A DNA stretch of 45,143 bases from Deltaproteobacteria bacterium. GTDB lineage: Bacteria > Myxococcota > Myxococcia > Myxococcales > 40CM-4-68-19. A program made the position numbers and the translations under genes. Positions 25,843 through 33,123 of this stretch are shown here, in pieces; position 1 is the first letter of the stretch; the number at the start of each line of letters is the position of its first letter. The DNA lies in contig JBGQLA010000001.1 of the NCBI GenBank assembly GCA_041499865.1, forward strand, positions 1-45,143, in the 5' to 3' direction. Below the pieces are notes generated by a model. It saw nothing but the letters and a program-made list of their open reading frames with translations. It was not told the DNA's origin and searched no databases.

Positions 25843-28635
25843 GTGCGCTTCCTGACGTGTCAGGGCCTCGCCCCCGGCGACCTCGCCGACAAGGTGGAGA
25901 AAGTCCGCGCCGCGATCGAGCGCGACGATTTCCGCTCCGCGGATGTGAAGAAGCTGGCCGTCCGGGGCTTCTATCGGGCGAAGCTCGACGATGCCTGCCG
26001 GCTCCTGCTCGTCTTCGCCGATTACCGGGGCGGGAAAGCATGCCTCGCGCTGGAGATCATCCGGGGCCACGCCTATGACCGCTCGCGCTTTCTGCGCGGC
26101 GCACCGGTCGACGAATCGAAGCTGGGCGATCCCGGTCCACCGGAGCCGCCGGACGCGCAGCCCCTGCGCTACCTGCACCCGGAACGGCCGGTGTTTCACT
26201 ATCTCGACAAGCCCCTGTCCTTCGACGACCTGCAGGACGCGGCGCTGCGCCAGCGGCTTCCTCTCGTGCTGGTGGGCTCGGCCGGGAGCGGGAAGACCGC
26301 CCTGCTCTTGCAGCGGCTGCGGGGCATCGCCGGCCGGGTGGCCTACGTCACGGAATCGAGATGGCTCGCCGAGACCTCGCGCGCTCTCTACGTGGCCTGC
26401 GAGGGCGCGCCCGAGGATCAAGAGGCCGACTTCCTCAGCTACCGGCAGCTGCTGGAAACCGTCGGAGTCCCCGCCGGCCGGCCCGTGTCCTTCCGCGACT
26501 TCACCGGCTTCTTCGCCCGCCACCGGCAGGCCATCCGATTCGCGGACGCCCACCAGGTCTACGAGGAGCTGCGCGGCGTTCTCACCGCCGAGCCCGAGGG
26601 GCCGCTCCCGCGCGAAGCGTATCTCGGCCTGGGCGTGCGCCAGTCGATGTTCGACTCCGGGCAGCGCGCGATGATCTTCGCGCTCTTCGAGCGCTACCGC
26701 GCCTGGCTCGGGGCAGAGAACCTGTACGATCCAAACCTGGTCGCCCACGCCTGGCTGCCGAGGATGGAACCGACGTACGACTTCGTCGCGGTGGACGAGG
26801 TGCAGGATCTGTCGAACGTCCAGCTCGCGTTGATCCTGAAATCCCTGAAGGCCCCTGGCCAGTTCATCATCGCCGGGGACGCCAACCAGATCGTGCACCC
26901 CAATTTCTTCTCCTGGTCGAGGGTGAAGAGCCTCTTCTGGCGCGGGCTGGGGGAAGCGCAAAAGACGGACGTCCACCTGCTCGACGTCAGCTACCGCAAC
27001 AGCGACGAGGTCACGCGCGCGGCAAACGGCGTCCTCCGCCTCAAGCACGCGAAGTTCGGATCGATCGACCGGGAGTCGAATCTTCTGATGCGGCCGCTGG
27101 CGGGCATCGCGGGCTCGGTCACCGCCATCGGCGCCGGGAGCGCGGCCGTCCGCGAGCTGGACGAGAAGACGCGGCAGTCCACGAAGGCCGCGGTGATCGT
27201 CCTGCGCGACGAGCACAAGGCCGAGGCGCGGCAGCGCTTCCGCACGCCGCTGGTGTTCAGCATCCACGAGGCCAAGGGGCTCGAGTACGAGACGGTGATC
27301 GTGCACCGCCTGATCTCCGCCGAGCGCCGCATGTTCGCGGAGCTGTGCGAAGGCGTGACGGCCGGCGATCTCGCGCGGGACGAGCTCGAGTACCGGCGGG
27401 CAAAGGACAAGAGCGACCGATCGCTGGAGCTGTACAAGTTCTTCGTCAACGCGCTCTACGTGGCGCTCACGCGCGCGGTGCGGCAGGTGGTGCTGGTGGA
27501 GGACGATCCCGGCCATCCACTCCTGGAATTGCTCGGCATCGGGCGCGCCGACAACGGCTCGGTGCAAATGGAGAAGTCCTCGGCCGAGGAATGGCAGCGG
27601 GAGGCGCACCGGCTGGAGGCGCAGGGAAAGACCGAGCAGGCCGAGGCGATCCGCGCGGAAGTGCTGCGGCTGCGGCCCGTTCCCTGGCAGGTGTTCGACC
27701 GCGCGAATCTGCAGGCGCTGGCGGCGAAGGCGCTCGCGCCCGGCAGCGTATCTGCCAAGGCGAAGCAGCAGCTCTTCGAGCTGGCGTGCTTCCATGAGGA
27801 GAGACTGGTGGCGGAGCGCCTGGCGGAGGAAGCGCGCTTCGAGCCGGCGGCGCAGTATGACGCGCAGCGCGAGCGGATCGCCCGGCGCGCGCTCGACGGA
27901 TTCGAGGGCAAGAACTTCAAGGAGGTGCTCGCCCGGACGGAGCACCATGGCGTCGATTACCGGAGTCCGCAGAACCTCACTCCGCTGATGCTCGCGGCGT
28001 TCGCCGGCAACGTGGCGCTCGTCGAAGCGCTGCTGGCGCGCGGAGCGAGCCTGGAAGCGCGCGACCATGCGGGGCGCACGGCGCTTCACTGGGCGATCCG
28101 CCACGCCTATCGCGACCCTGCGTTCGCCGCGAACGCGTTCGGCACCGTCTTCGATCTGGTCGCTCCTCCATCGTTCGACGTGGAGGCCTCGGGACGGCTG
28201 CTGCAGATCGGGCGGGAGATGGGCGAGTATTTCTTCTTCTCCACCCTGATCGCCCGGTTCGACGAGCTCTACCGCTGGCGCAGGGGCCGGTTCAGCGCGG
28301 TGACGAGCCAGTTCTTCCTTCGCCAGCCTTTCGAGCATTTCCCGGAGGTGGTGATCAAGGCGGCCCGGAAGCGGCGCACCTACGTCAACGGGCTCCTTGC
28401 CCGCAACGAGCCGGGCAGCGCTTACGTGCCAAATCGCCAACTCTGGGTGCGCGAGTCGTTCGGCCACTACGTGCCAAACCCCGCGCTCAGCCTGCGGGTG
28501 GCCGGTGCGGACGGCGCGGATGCGTGGGTGCCGCTGCACGAGGTGATGGACCTCGCCTGGCTCGAATCGCACTTCGAGGTCGGAGCGAGAGGGCGGCTCA
28601 CCGGCGGGAGAGTGGATGTGGCGGCCACGGGATAA
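25843..28635 (+). CDS. multidomain SF1 (UvrD-like) helicase: RelE/ParE-like N-terminal domain + helicase core + helical/TPR-like linker + ankyrin repeats + unknown C-terminal domain
   Basis: 930-aa ORF (GTG 25843; alternative GTG 25894). Walker A GSAGSGKT (26275-26298), VDEVQD (26791-26808), IAGDANQIVHP, SYRNSDEV, IHEAKGLEYETVIV, LYVALTRA. Ankyrin TPLMLAAFAGNVALVEALLARGASLEARDHAGRTALHWAIRHA (~27979-28110). N-terminus DVKKLAVRGFYRAKLDDACRLLLVF...LALEIIRGHAYD. Confidence 0.8.
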   Translation: MRFLTCQGLAPGDLADKVEKVRAAIERDDFRSADVKKLAVRGFYRAKLDDACRLLLVFADYRGGKACLALEIIRGHAYDRSRFLRGAPVDESKLGDPGPPEPPDAQPLRYLHPERPVFHYLDKPLSFDDLQDAALRQRLPLVLVGSAGSGKTALLLQRLRGIAGRVAYVTESRWLAETSRALYVACEGAPEDQEADFLSYRQLLETVGVPAGRPVSFRDFTGFFARHRQAIRFADAHQVYEELRGVLTAEPEGPLPREAYLGLGVRQSMFDSGQRAMIFALFERYRAWLGAENLYDPNLVAHAWLPRMEPTYDFVAVDEVQDLSNVQLALILKSLKAPGQFIIAGDANQIVHPNFFSWSRVKSLFWRGLGEAQKTDVHLLDVSYRNSDEVTRAANGVLRLKHAKFGSIDRESNLLMRPLAGIAGSVTAIGAGSAAVRELDEKTRQSTKAAVIVLRDEHKAEARQRFRTPLVFSIHEAKGLEYETVIVHRLISAERRMFAELCEGVTAGDLARDELEYRRAKDKSDRSLELYKFFVNALYVALTRAVRQVVLVEDDPGHPLLELLGIGRADNGSVQMEKSSAEEWQREAHRLEAQGKTEQAEAIRAEVLRLRPVPWQVFDRANLQALAAKALAPGSVSAKAKQQLFELACFHEERLVAERLAEEARFEPAAQYDAQRERIARRALDGFEGKNFKEVLARTEHHGVDYRSPQNLTPLMLAAFAGNVALVEALLARGASLEARDHAGRTALHWAIRHAYRDPAFAANAFGTVFDLVAPPSFDVEASGRLLQIGREMGEYFFFSTLIARFDELYRWRRGRFSAVTSQFFLRQPFEHFPEVVIKAARKRRTYVNGLLARNEPGSAYVPNRQLWVRESFGHYVPNPALSLRVAGADGADAWVPLHEVMDLAWLESHFEVGARGRLTGGRVDVAATG

Positions 28636-28653
28636 TCGGCGCTTCTTGATCCG

Positions 28654-28860
28654 GTGTACGATGGGGAAGTGGATCCCCTGCGGCGGGACGACATCGAGCA
28701 GGCCCGTCGAGCGACCCCGGAGGAGAAGGCACGCCAGGCGCTGGAGATGATGCGCGCTGCCGTCCGTTTGAAGCGTGCGGGACTTCGCGCGCGCCATCCG
28801 GACGAGTCGGAGGCCGAGATCGATCGCCGCGTGCGCGACTGGCTGCTCGCCGATGACTGA
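28654..28860 (+). CDS. small helical protein of unknown function (possible antitoxin-like partner of the downstream nucleotidyltransferase)
   Basis: 68-aa ORF (GTG), 18 nt after the helicase stop. It overlaps the next gene by 8 nt (ATGACTGA). Sequence ...TPEEKARQALEMMRAAVRLKRAGLRARHPDESEAEIDRRVRDWLLADD. No SD seen and no family recognised. Confidence 0.45.
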   Translation: MYDGEVDPLRRDDIEQARRATPEEKARQALEMMRAAVRLKRAGLRARHPDESEAEIDRRVRDWLLADD

Positions 28861-29448
28861 TCCGCGTCCGGAAGACGCGCTGGCACATGCCGCGGCCGAA
28901 CTGCGCAGTCGCGGCAAGCGCTTCGCGCTCGTGGGCGGCCTCGCCATTTCGGTGCGTGGCGAGGTCCGGGCGACGCGTGACGTCGACCTGGCCGTGGCGG
29001 TCGGCGACGATTTGGAGCTCGAGACGCTCGTCGCCGATCTGGCGCAAGCGGGATATCGGCCGGTCGCGACTGTCGAGCAGGAAGCGCGCAGGCGGTTTGC
29101 CGTCGTGCGCCCGAATCGCCCATCGGATACCGCGTCGATTTGCTCGCCGCGACCTGTGGGATCGAGGCGGAGATCGTCGCCGCGGCGACGCCGGTTCAGT
29201 TCGAGGGCGCCGGCGCCATGCCGGTCGCGATTGCGGAGGATCTGCTCGCGATGAAGCTCCCTGCCGCGCGAGAAGGGCGGGCGCGCGATTGGGATGACGC
29301 GGTCGGCCTGCTGCAGGTCAATCCGGACCTCGACCTTGCGCTCGTCAGGGAGCGCCTGGCGCTGATCACGGGCCGCGGTTTCGCCCGGAACGAAGACTTG
29401 CCCTCGAAGCTCGACGCGCTCCTCGCACGGCGGGACGCCTCGACCTGA
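28853..29448 (+). pseudogene. nucleotidyltransferase-fold protein (AbiEii/DUF2204-like), interrupted by an apparent 1-nt frameshift
   Basis: Frame 1 from ATG 28853: RFALVGGLAISVRGEVRATRDVDLAV... (GG..R.T.D.D NTase signature) up to ...RRRFAVVR. The sense continues in another frame from ~29110: ESPIGYRVDLLAATCGIEAEIV...AIAEDLLAMKL...DWDDAVGLL, to the stop at 29448. The shift falls in the C-run 29108-29113. Confidence 0.6.
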
Positions 29449-29575
29449 CACGCGCCTCGCCACTGCCGGCCAGAGCGCCTGGCCGAGACCTCGCGCGCGC
29501 GAGCAGCTCTTCCAGCGTCCGCGTCGCCACCGCCTCCCGCGACGCGAACTGCGCCGCGAGGTTCAGGCGAAGGGC

Positions 29576-30483
29576 TCAAGCGAGATCAACTGGCGCGTAC
29601 GAAAAGGGATACCTGGGCATCGATGACCGGGAATTCTCACCGACCGCGGCGGCGAGGTCCGCGAGCTTCACCTCGACGCCGAGGCGCGAGCGCTTCTTGC
29701 ACCAGTCAGGAACGCGGACGACGATGCCCGCTGCCTCGAACGCGGGCACCTCGCGCAGGAAGCGGAGCGCCTCGGCGGGTGTCCAGGCCAGCGTGCGGAA
29801 CAACTTCCCGTCATCGACCAGTTCCTTCACCAGCGCGCTCGCCTCCGCAGCGCGCTGCACGGGCAGCAGAAGGGAGAGGAGAGCGCCCTTGTCGGAGGCG
29901 AAGTCGCGCAGGGCCTGGCCGAGCGGCCGGTGCTGCGGCTGGGCCTTGCTCGACAGGCGCGTCGTGTAGGTGGCGAGAAACGCGAAGGGCCGTTCCTCGT
30001 CGGCCTTGTTCTCGGCGAGATGGAAGCAGACGCGACCGACTACGTTCCAGGCGGCGTGACGGTCCTTGAACCACTGCTCCAGGGAGGTATCCCGCAGCTC
30101 GCTGCGCAGGGCGGCGTGCAGGTCGCTCCAGAGCGCCTCGAGCGTCGCCGGGAGCAGGTATTCGCCGCCGCACATCGGCGGCGCCTGCGAGACGAGCCGA
30201 GCGAACTCGTGAAGTGGCGCCTGATCGCCGGCGGCCTCTGGAGCCGCGCAGGCGCGGGCGAGAAAGAGCGCGCCCACATCGCGGAAGAAGGCCACGCTCG
30301 GCGGCAACGTCTCGCCGGGGTGGCGCGCCGCGAGCTGAAGGACGGCGAAGCCAGGGCGAGGTCGGAGGTGAGCTCGCCCGCCAGCGCGGCCGGCACGCTG
30401 CCTTCGAGTGAAGGCCTCGCGTCGAGGTGCACTGCGCCCGAGGGCGAGATCGCGAGCGCGAGCGGGATCAGATCTTCGGCCAC
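29576..30483 (-). pseudogene. N-terminal stub of a bacterial SNF2-family helicase (SNF2-associated region only), frameshifted and 3'-truncated
   Basis: GTG 30483 MAEDLIPLALAISPSGAVHLDA...SDLALA, then a shift near 30348-30360 into GFAVLQLAARHPGETLPPSVAFFRDVG...PPMCGGEYLLPATLEALW...AWNVVGRVCFHLAENKADEERPFAFLATYTTRLS...PLGQALRDFA...LLLPVQRAAE...WTPAEALRFLREVPAFEAAGIVVRVPDW. Homology ends around 29660, with a stop at 29576. No ATPase domain follows. Confidence 0.6.
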
Positions 30484-30510
30484 CGGACTCGCTTATCATC
30501 GGCCCCCGAC

Positions 30511-31164
30511 ATGAAGGAACTGGTCGTCATCTCTCCGCTGAGCGATTGGACCTGCCGCGAGTGCCAGGGGAGCGGAGATCTGTTGGTGATGGAGGGGCCA
30601 GGACCGCTCTGCCTCGCCTGCGCGGACCTGGACCACCTCGTCTTCCTTCGCCGTGGCGACGCCGCGCTCACGCGCCGGGCCAAGGCGGCGAGCAAGCTTC
30701 GCGCGGTGGTGATCCGCTTCAGCCGATCGCGCAAGCGATACGAGCGGCAGGGTCTTCTGGTCGAGGAGCATGCGCTGAGGAAAGCGGAGTCGGAATGCCT
30801 GGCGGACGCCGAGGTGCGGGCGCGGCGCAAGGCGCGCGATGCTGAACGCCGGGCCAACCAGGACGAGGCGCTGGCGCGGTTGATGGCGGACGGGATCCGG
30901 AAGCTCTTTCCGCGCTGCCCGGCGAAAGAGGCGGAGGCCATCGCGCGGCATGCGACGCTGCGGAGAAGCGGCCGCATCGGAAGGAGTGCGGCGGCGAAGG
31001 AGATGGAAGAGCGCCCCTTGGTCCTCGCGGTCATTGCCGCCGTCCGTCACGGGTACACGCGATATGACGATCTGTTGATGAGCGGATTGGAGCGGAGCGA
31101 AGCGCGCGCGGCGGTGCGCGGCGAGGTAGATCGAATCCTTGCCGACTGGCGCGGCGCAGGCTGA
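30511..31164 (+). CDS. DUF2293 domain-containing protein with N-terminal CxxC...CxxC zinc ribbon
   Basis: ATG 30511, 217 aa: WTCRECQG...LCLACADLDH, then ...VIAAVRHGYTRYDDLLMSGLERSEARAAVRGEVDRILADW, the conserved DUF2293 C-terminal block as I recall it. Confidence 0.7.
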   Translation: MKELVVISPLSDWTCRECQGSGDLLVMEGPGPLCLACADLDHLVFLRRGDAALTRRAKAASKLRAVVIRFSRSRKRYERQGLLVEEHALRKAESECLADAEVRARRKARDAERRANQDEALARLMADGIRKLFPRCPAKEAEAIARHATLRRSGRIGRSAAAKEMEERPLVLAVIAAVRHGYTRYDDLLMSGLERSEARAAVRGEVDRILADWRGAG

Positions 31165-31476
31165 AGCGCGCGGGCGAGGCGGCGCGGCATCGGTCCACCT
31201 GGCCCCGCCGAGCGTCGAGCAATGGACCCGCGGTGGAAAAGCCACTGGCGTTTCACGCAAGCGCGTCTAGGGTCGCGCCAAGTGCGCTGGCGGTTTTCTA
31301 CGCGGAAGAGAAGCATGGACACGATCCGGATCGGAACATCGGCCGCGGCGTTGCTGCCGACGGCCCCGGTGCGTGCGGCGGTGTGCGCCGATCGCCAGAG
31401 CCGTGCTGCAGTGGCGCTCGATCAATCGCAGTCCCTGCGTTGAGACTGCGGGTGCACGAGGGCGGGAGATCAGGTG

Positions 31477-32907
31477 ATGCAGAGTCCGGAACCCAAGAAG
31501 CCCCAGGAAGCGAAACGACCAATCACTGAAACCAGCCTGGCGCGGTTTGGCCTGGCCCTGGCAACCTGGAGTGAGCGCTGGTTCCCGGAACCGCTGGTCT
31601 TTGCCCTGGCGGGAGTCGTCATCGTATTCATCTTCGGACTCTTGCTTCGCCAGTCGCCCAGCACACTCGCCATCCAGGGCGGCAAGAACTTCTGGACGCT
31701 GGTCCCATTCACCATGCAGATGGTGATGATCATCATTGGCGGCTACGTGGTGGCAAGCACGCCGGTCTTGCGCCGCTTGATTCAGCGCCTGGCGATGATC
31801 CCGAAGAACGGGCGAACCGCTGTCGCGGTGATCGCCCTCTTCTCCGTGTTGACGTCATTGATCTCCTGGGGCCTGAGCCTGATCTTCAGCGGATTGCTAG
31901 CCCGGGAGATGGCTCGCCGCGTGAAGGGCATGGACTACCGCGCCGCCGGCGGGGCCGCTTATCTCGGCCTCGGTGCGGTCTGGGCCCTGGGTCTTTCTTC
32001 GTCCGCGGCCATGATGATGGCCACGAAGGGCGCCATCCCTCCCTCGTTGTTTGCCATCAGCGGAGTGATCCCCCTCAAGCAAACCCTCTTCCTCTGGCAG
32101 AGCCTGGTCACTGCCTTGGTGCTGGTCGTGGTCTCGGTGGTCCTCGCCTATGCCTCGGCTCCTACTGCAGAGAATGCAAAGACCGCCGAAGACTACGGCA
32201 TCGAGTTCGAATCCACCGAGCGCAAGCTCGAACCGAGAACCCGGCCCGGAGAATGGCTGGAGTACAGCCCGCTGCTGACCGTGTTGGTGGCAGCTCTCCT
32301 GCTTTGGTATTTGTTTGATTTCTTCCGCACCTCCCCTCAAGGTGCGCTGGCGGCACTGGATCTGAACACGTACAACTTGCTGTTCATCGCCGTCGGCCTG
32401 CTCTTGCACTGGCGGCCCAGGAGTTTCGTAAAAGCGGTTGCGGAGTGCATTCCGGCAACGGGGGGCGTGCTCATCCAGTTCCCGTTCTATGCCGTCATCT
32501 TCGGCATGATCGTGGGAACGGGCATGTCCGACTGGCTGGCCAACGTGTTCGCAAAGGTGACCACGCAGGGGACGTATCCGCTGCTGGTGGCGGTGTATTC
32601 GGCGCTCATCGGAGTCTTTGTGCCCTCGGGCGGAAGCAAATGGGTCATCGAGGCTCCGTATATCCTCCAGGCGGCCAACCTGCACCACGTGCACCTGGGC
32701 TGGGTGGTGCAGATCTACAACGCCTCCGAGGCACTGCCGAACTTTGTGAATCCCTTCTGGATGCTGCCGCTCCTGGGAATCCTGGGGCTCAGAGCAAAAG
32801 ATATCGTCGGCTACGGTGTGCTGCAGATGATCGTGCATCTACCCATCGTGCTTTTCCTCTGCTGGTTCTTCGCAAGGTACATTCCTTACGTGCCTCCAAT
32901 GAAGTAG
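31477..32907 (+). CDS. atoE: short-chain fatty acid transporter (AtoE family)
   Basis: About 476 aa, polytopic. LARFGLALATWSERWFPEPLVFAL, FWTLVPFTMQMVMIIIGGY, GGSKWVIEAPYI are typical AtoE blocks. ATG 31477 (GGGAG 8 nt upstream); GTG 31474 is also possible. Noticeably lower GC than its neighbours. Confidence 0.85.
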   Translation: MQSPEPKKPQEAKRPITETSLARFGLALATWSERWFPEPLVFALAGVVIVFIFGLLLRQSPSTLAIQGGKNFWTLVPFTMQMVMIIIGGYVVASTPVLRRLIQRLAMIPKNGRTAVAVIALFSVLTSLISWGLSLIFSGLLAREMARRVKGMDYRAAGGAAYLGLGAVWALGLSSSAAMMMATKGAIPPSLFAISGVIPLKQTLFLWQSLVTALVLVVVSVVLAYASAPTAENAKTAEDYGIEFESTERKLEPRTRPGEWLEYSPLLTVLVAALLLWYLFDFFRTSPQGALAALDLNTYNLLFIAVGLLLHWRPRSFVKAVAECIPATGGVLIQFPFYAVIFGMIVGTGMSDWLANVFAKVTTQGTYPLLVAVYSALIGVFVPSGGSKWVIEAPYILQAANLHHVHLGWVVQIYNASEALPNFVNPFWMLPLLGILGLRAKDIVGYGVLQMIVHLPIVLFLCWFFARYIPYVPPMK

Positions 32908-33123
32908 TCGGGACGTTGGATGCAAGCTGGCGAGCGGCCTCCCCGCTTCTGCTCGAGCGGGCGCCCACATTACTTGAGCTACTGCCCAGCCAGATTCGCC
33001 TGATGTGCAGGAGATCGACCGCCTGCGCCCTCGGACTCGGCCCACGCAATCAACGTGCCGCGGCGCGCATTGACTTGGGAGCGCGACAAGGAGCCGTTTG
33101 CCGACCCGAAAGGGGGATTACGC

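Noticed and set aside
25817-25855. Tiny ORF MPHRTGPMQCAS overlapping the helicase start; possible leader peptide
   Set aside because: 12 codons with no SD and no attenuator-like structure seen. Too short to support.
30484-30510. 27-nt spacer between the divergent SNF2-stub and DUF2293 starts, considered as a shared bidirectional promoter/operator
   Set aside because: Too short to hold two promoters and no palindrome seen. More likely the SNF2 stub is no longer expressed from its original start.
31316-31443. 42-codon ORF MDTIRIGTSAAALLPTAPVRAAVCADRQSRAAVALDQSQSLR in the long spacer upstream of atoE; also considered a riboswitch/leader
   Set aside because: No SD, Ala/Arg-rich composition typical of random high-GC frames, and no conserved RNA motif that I can recognise by eye.
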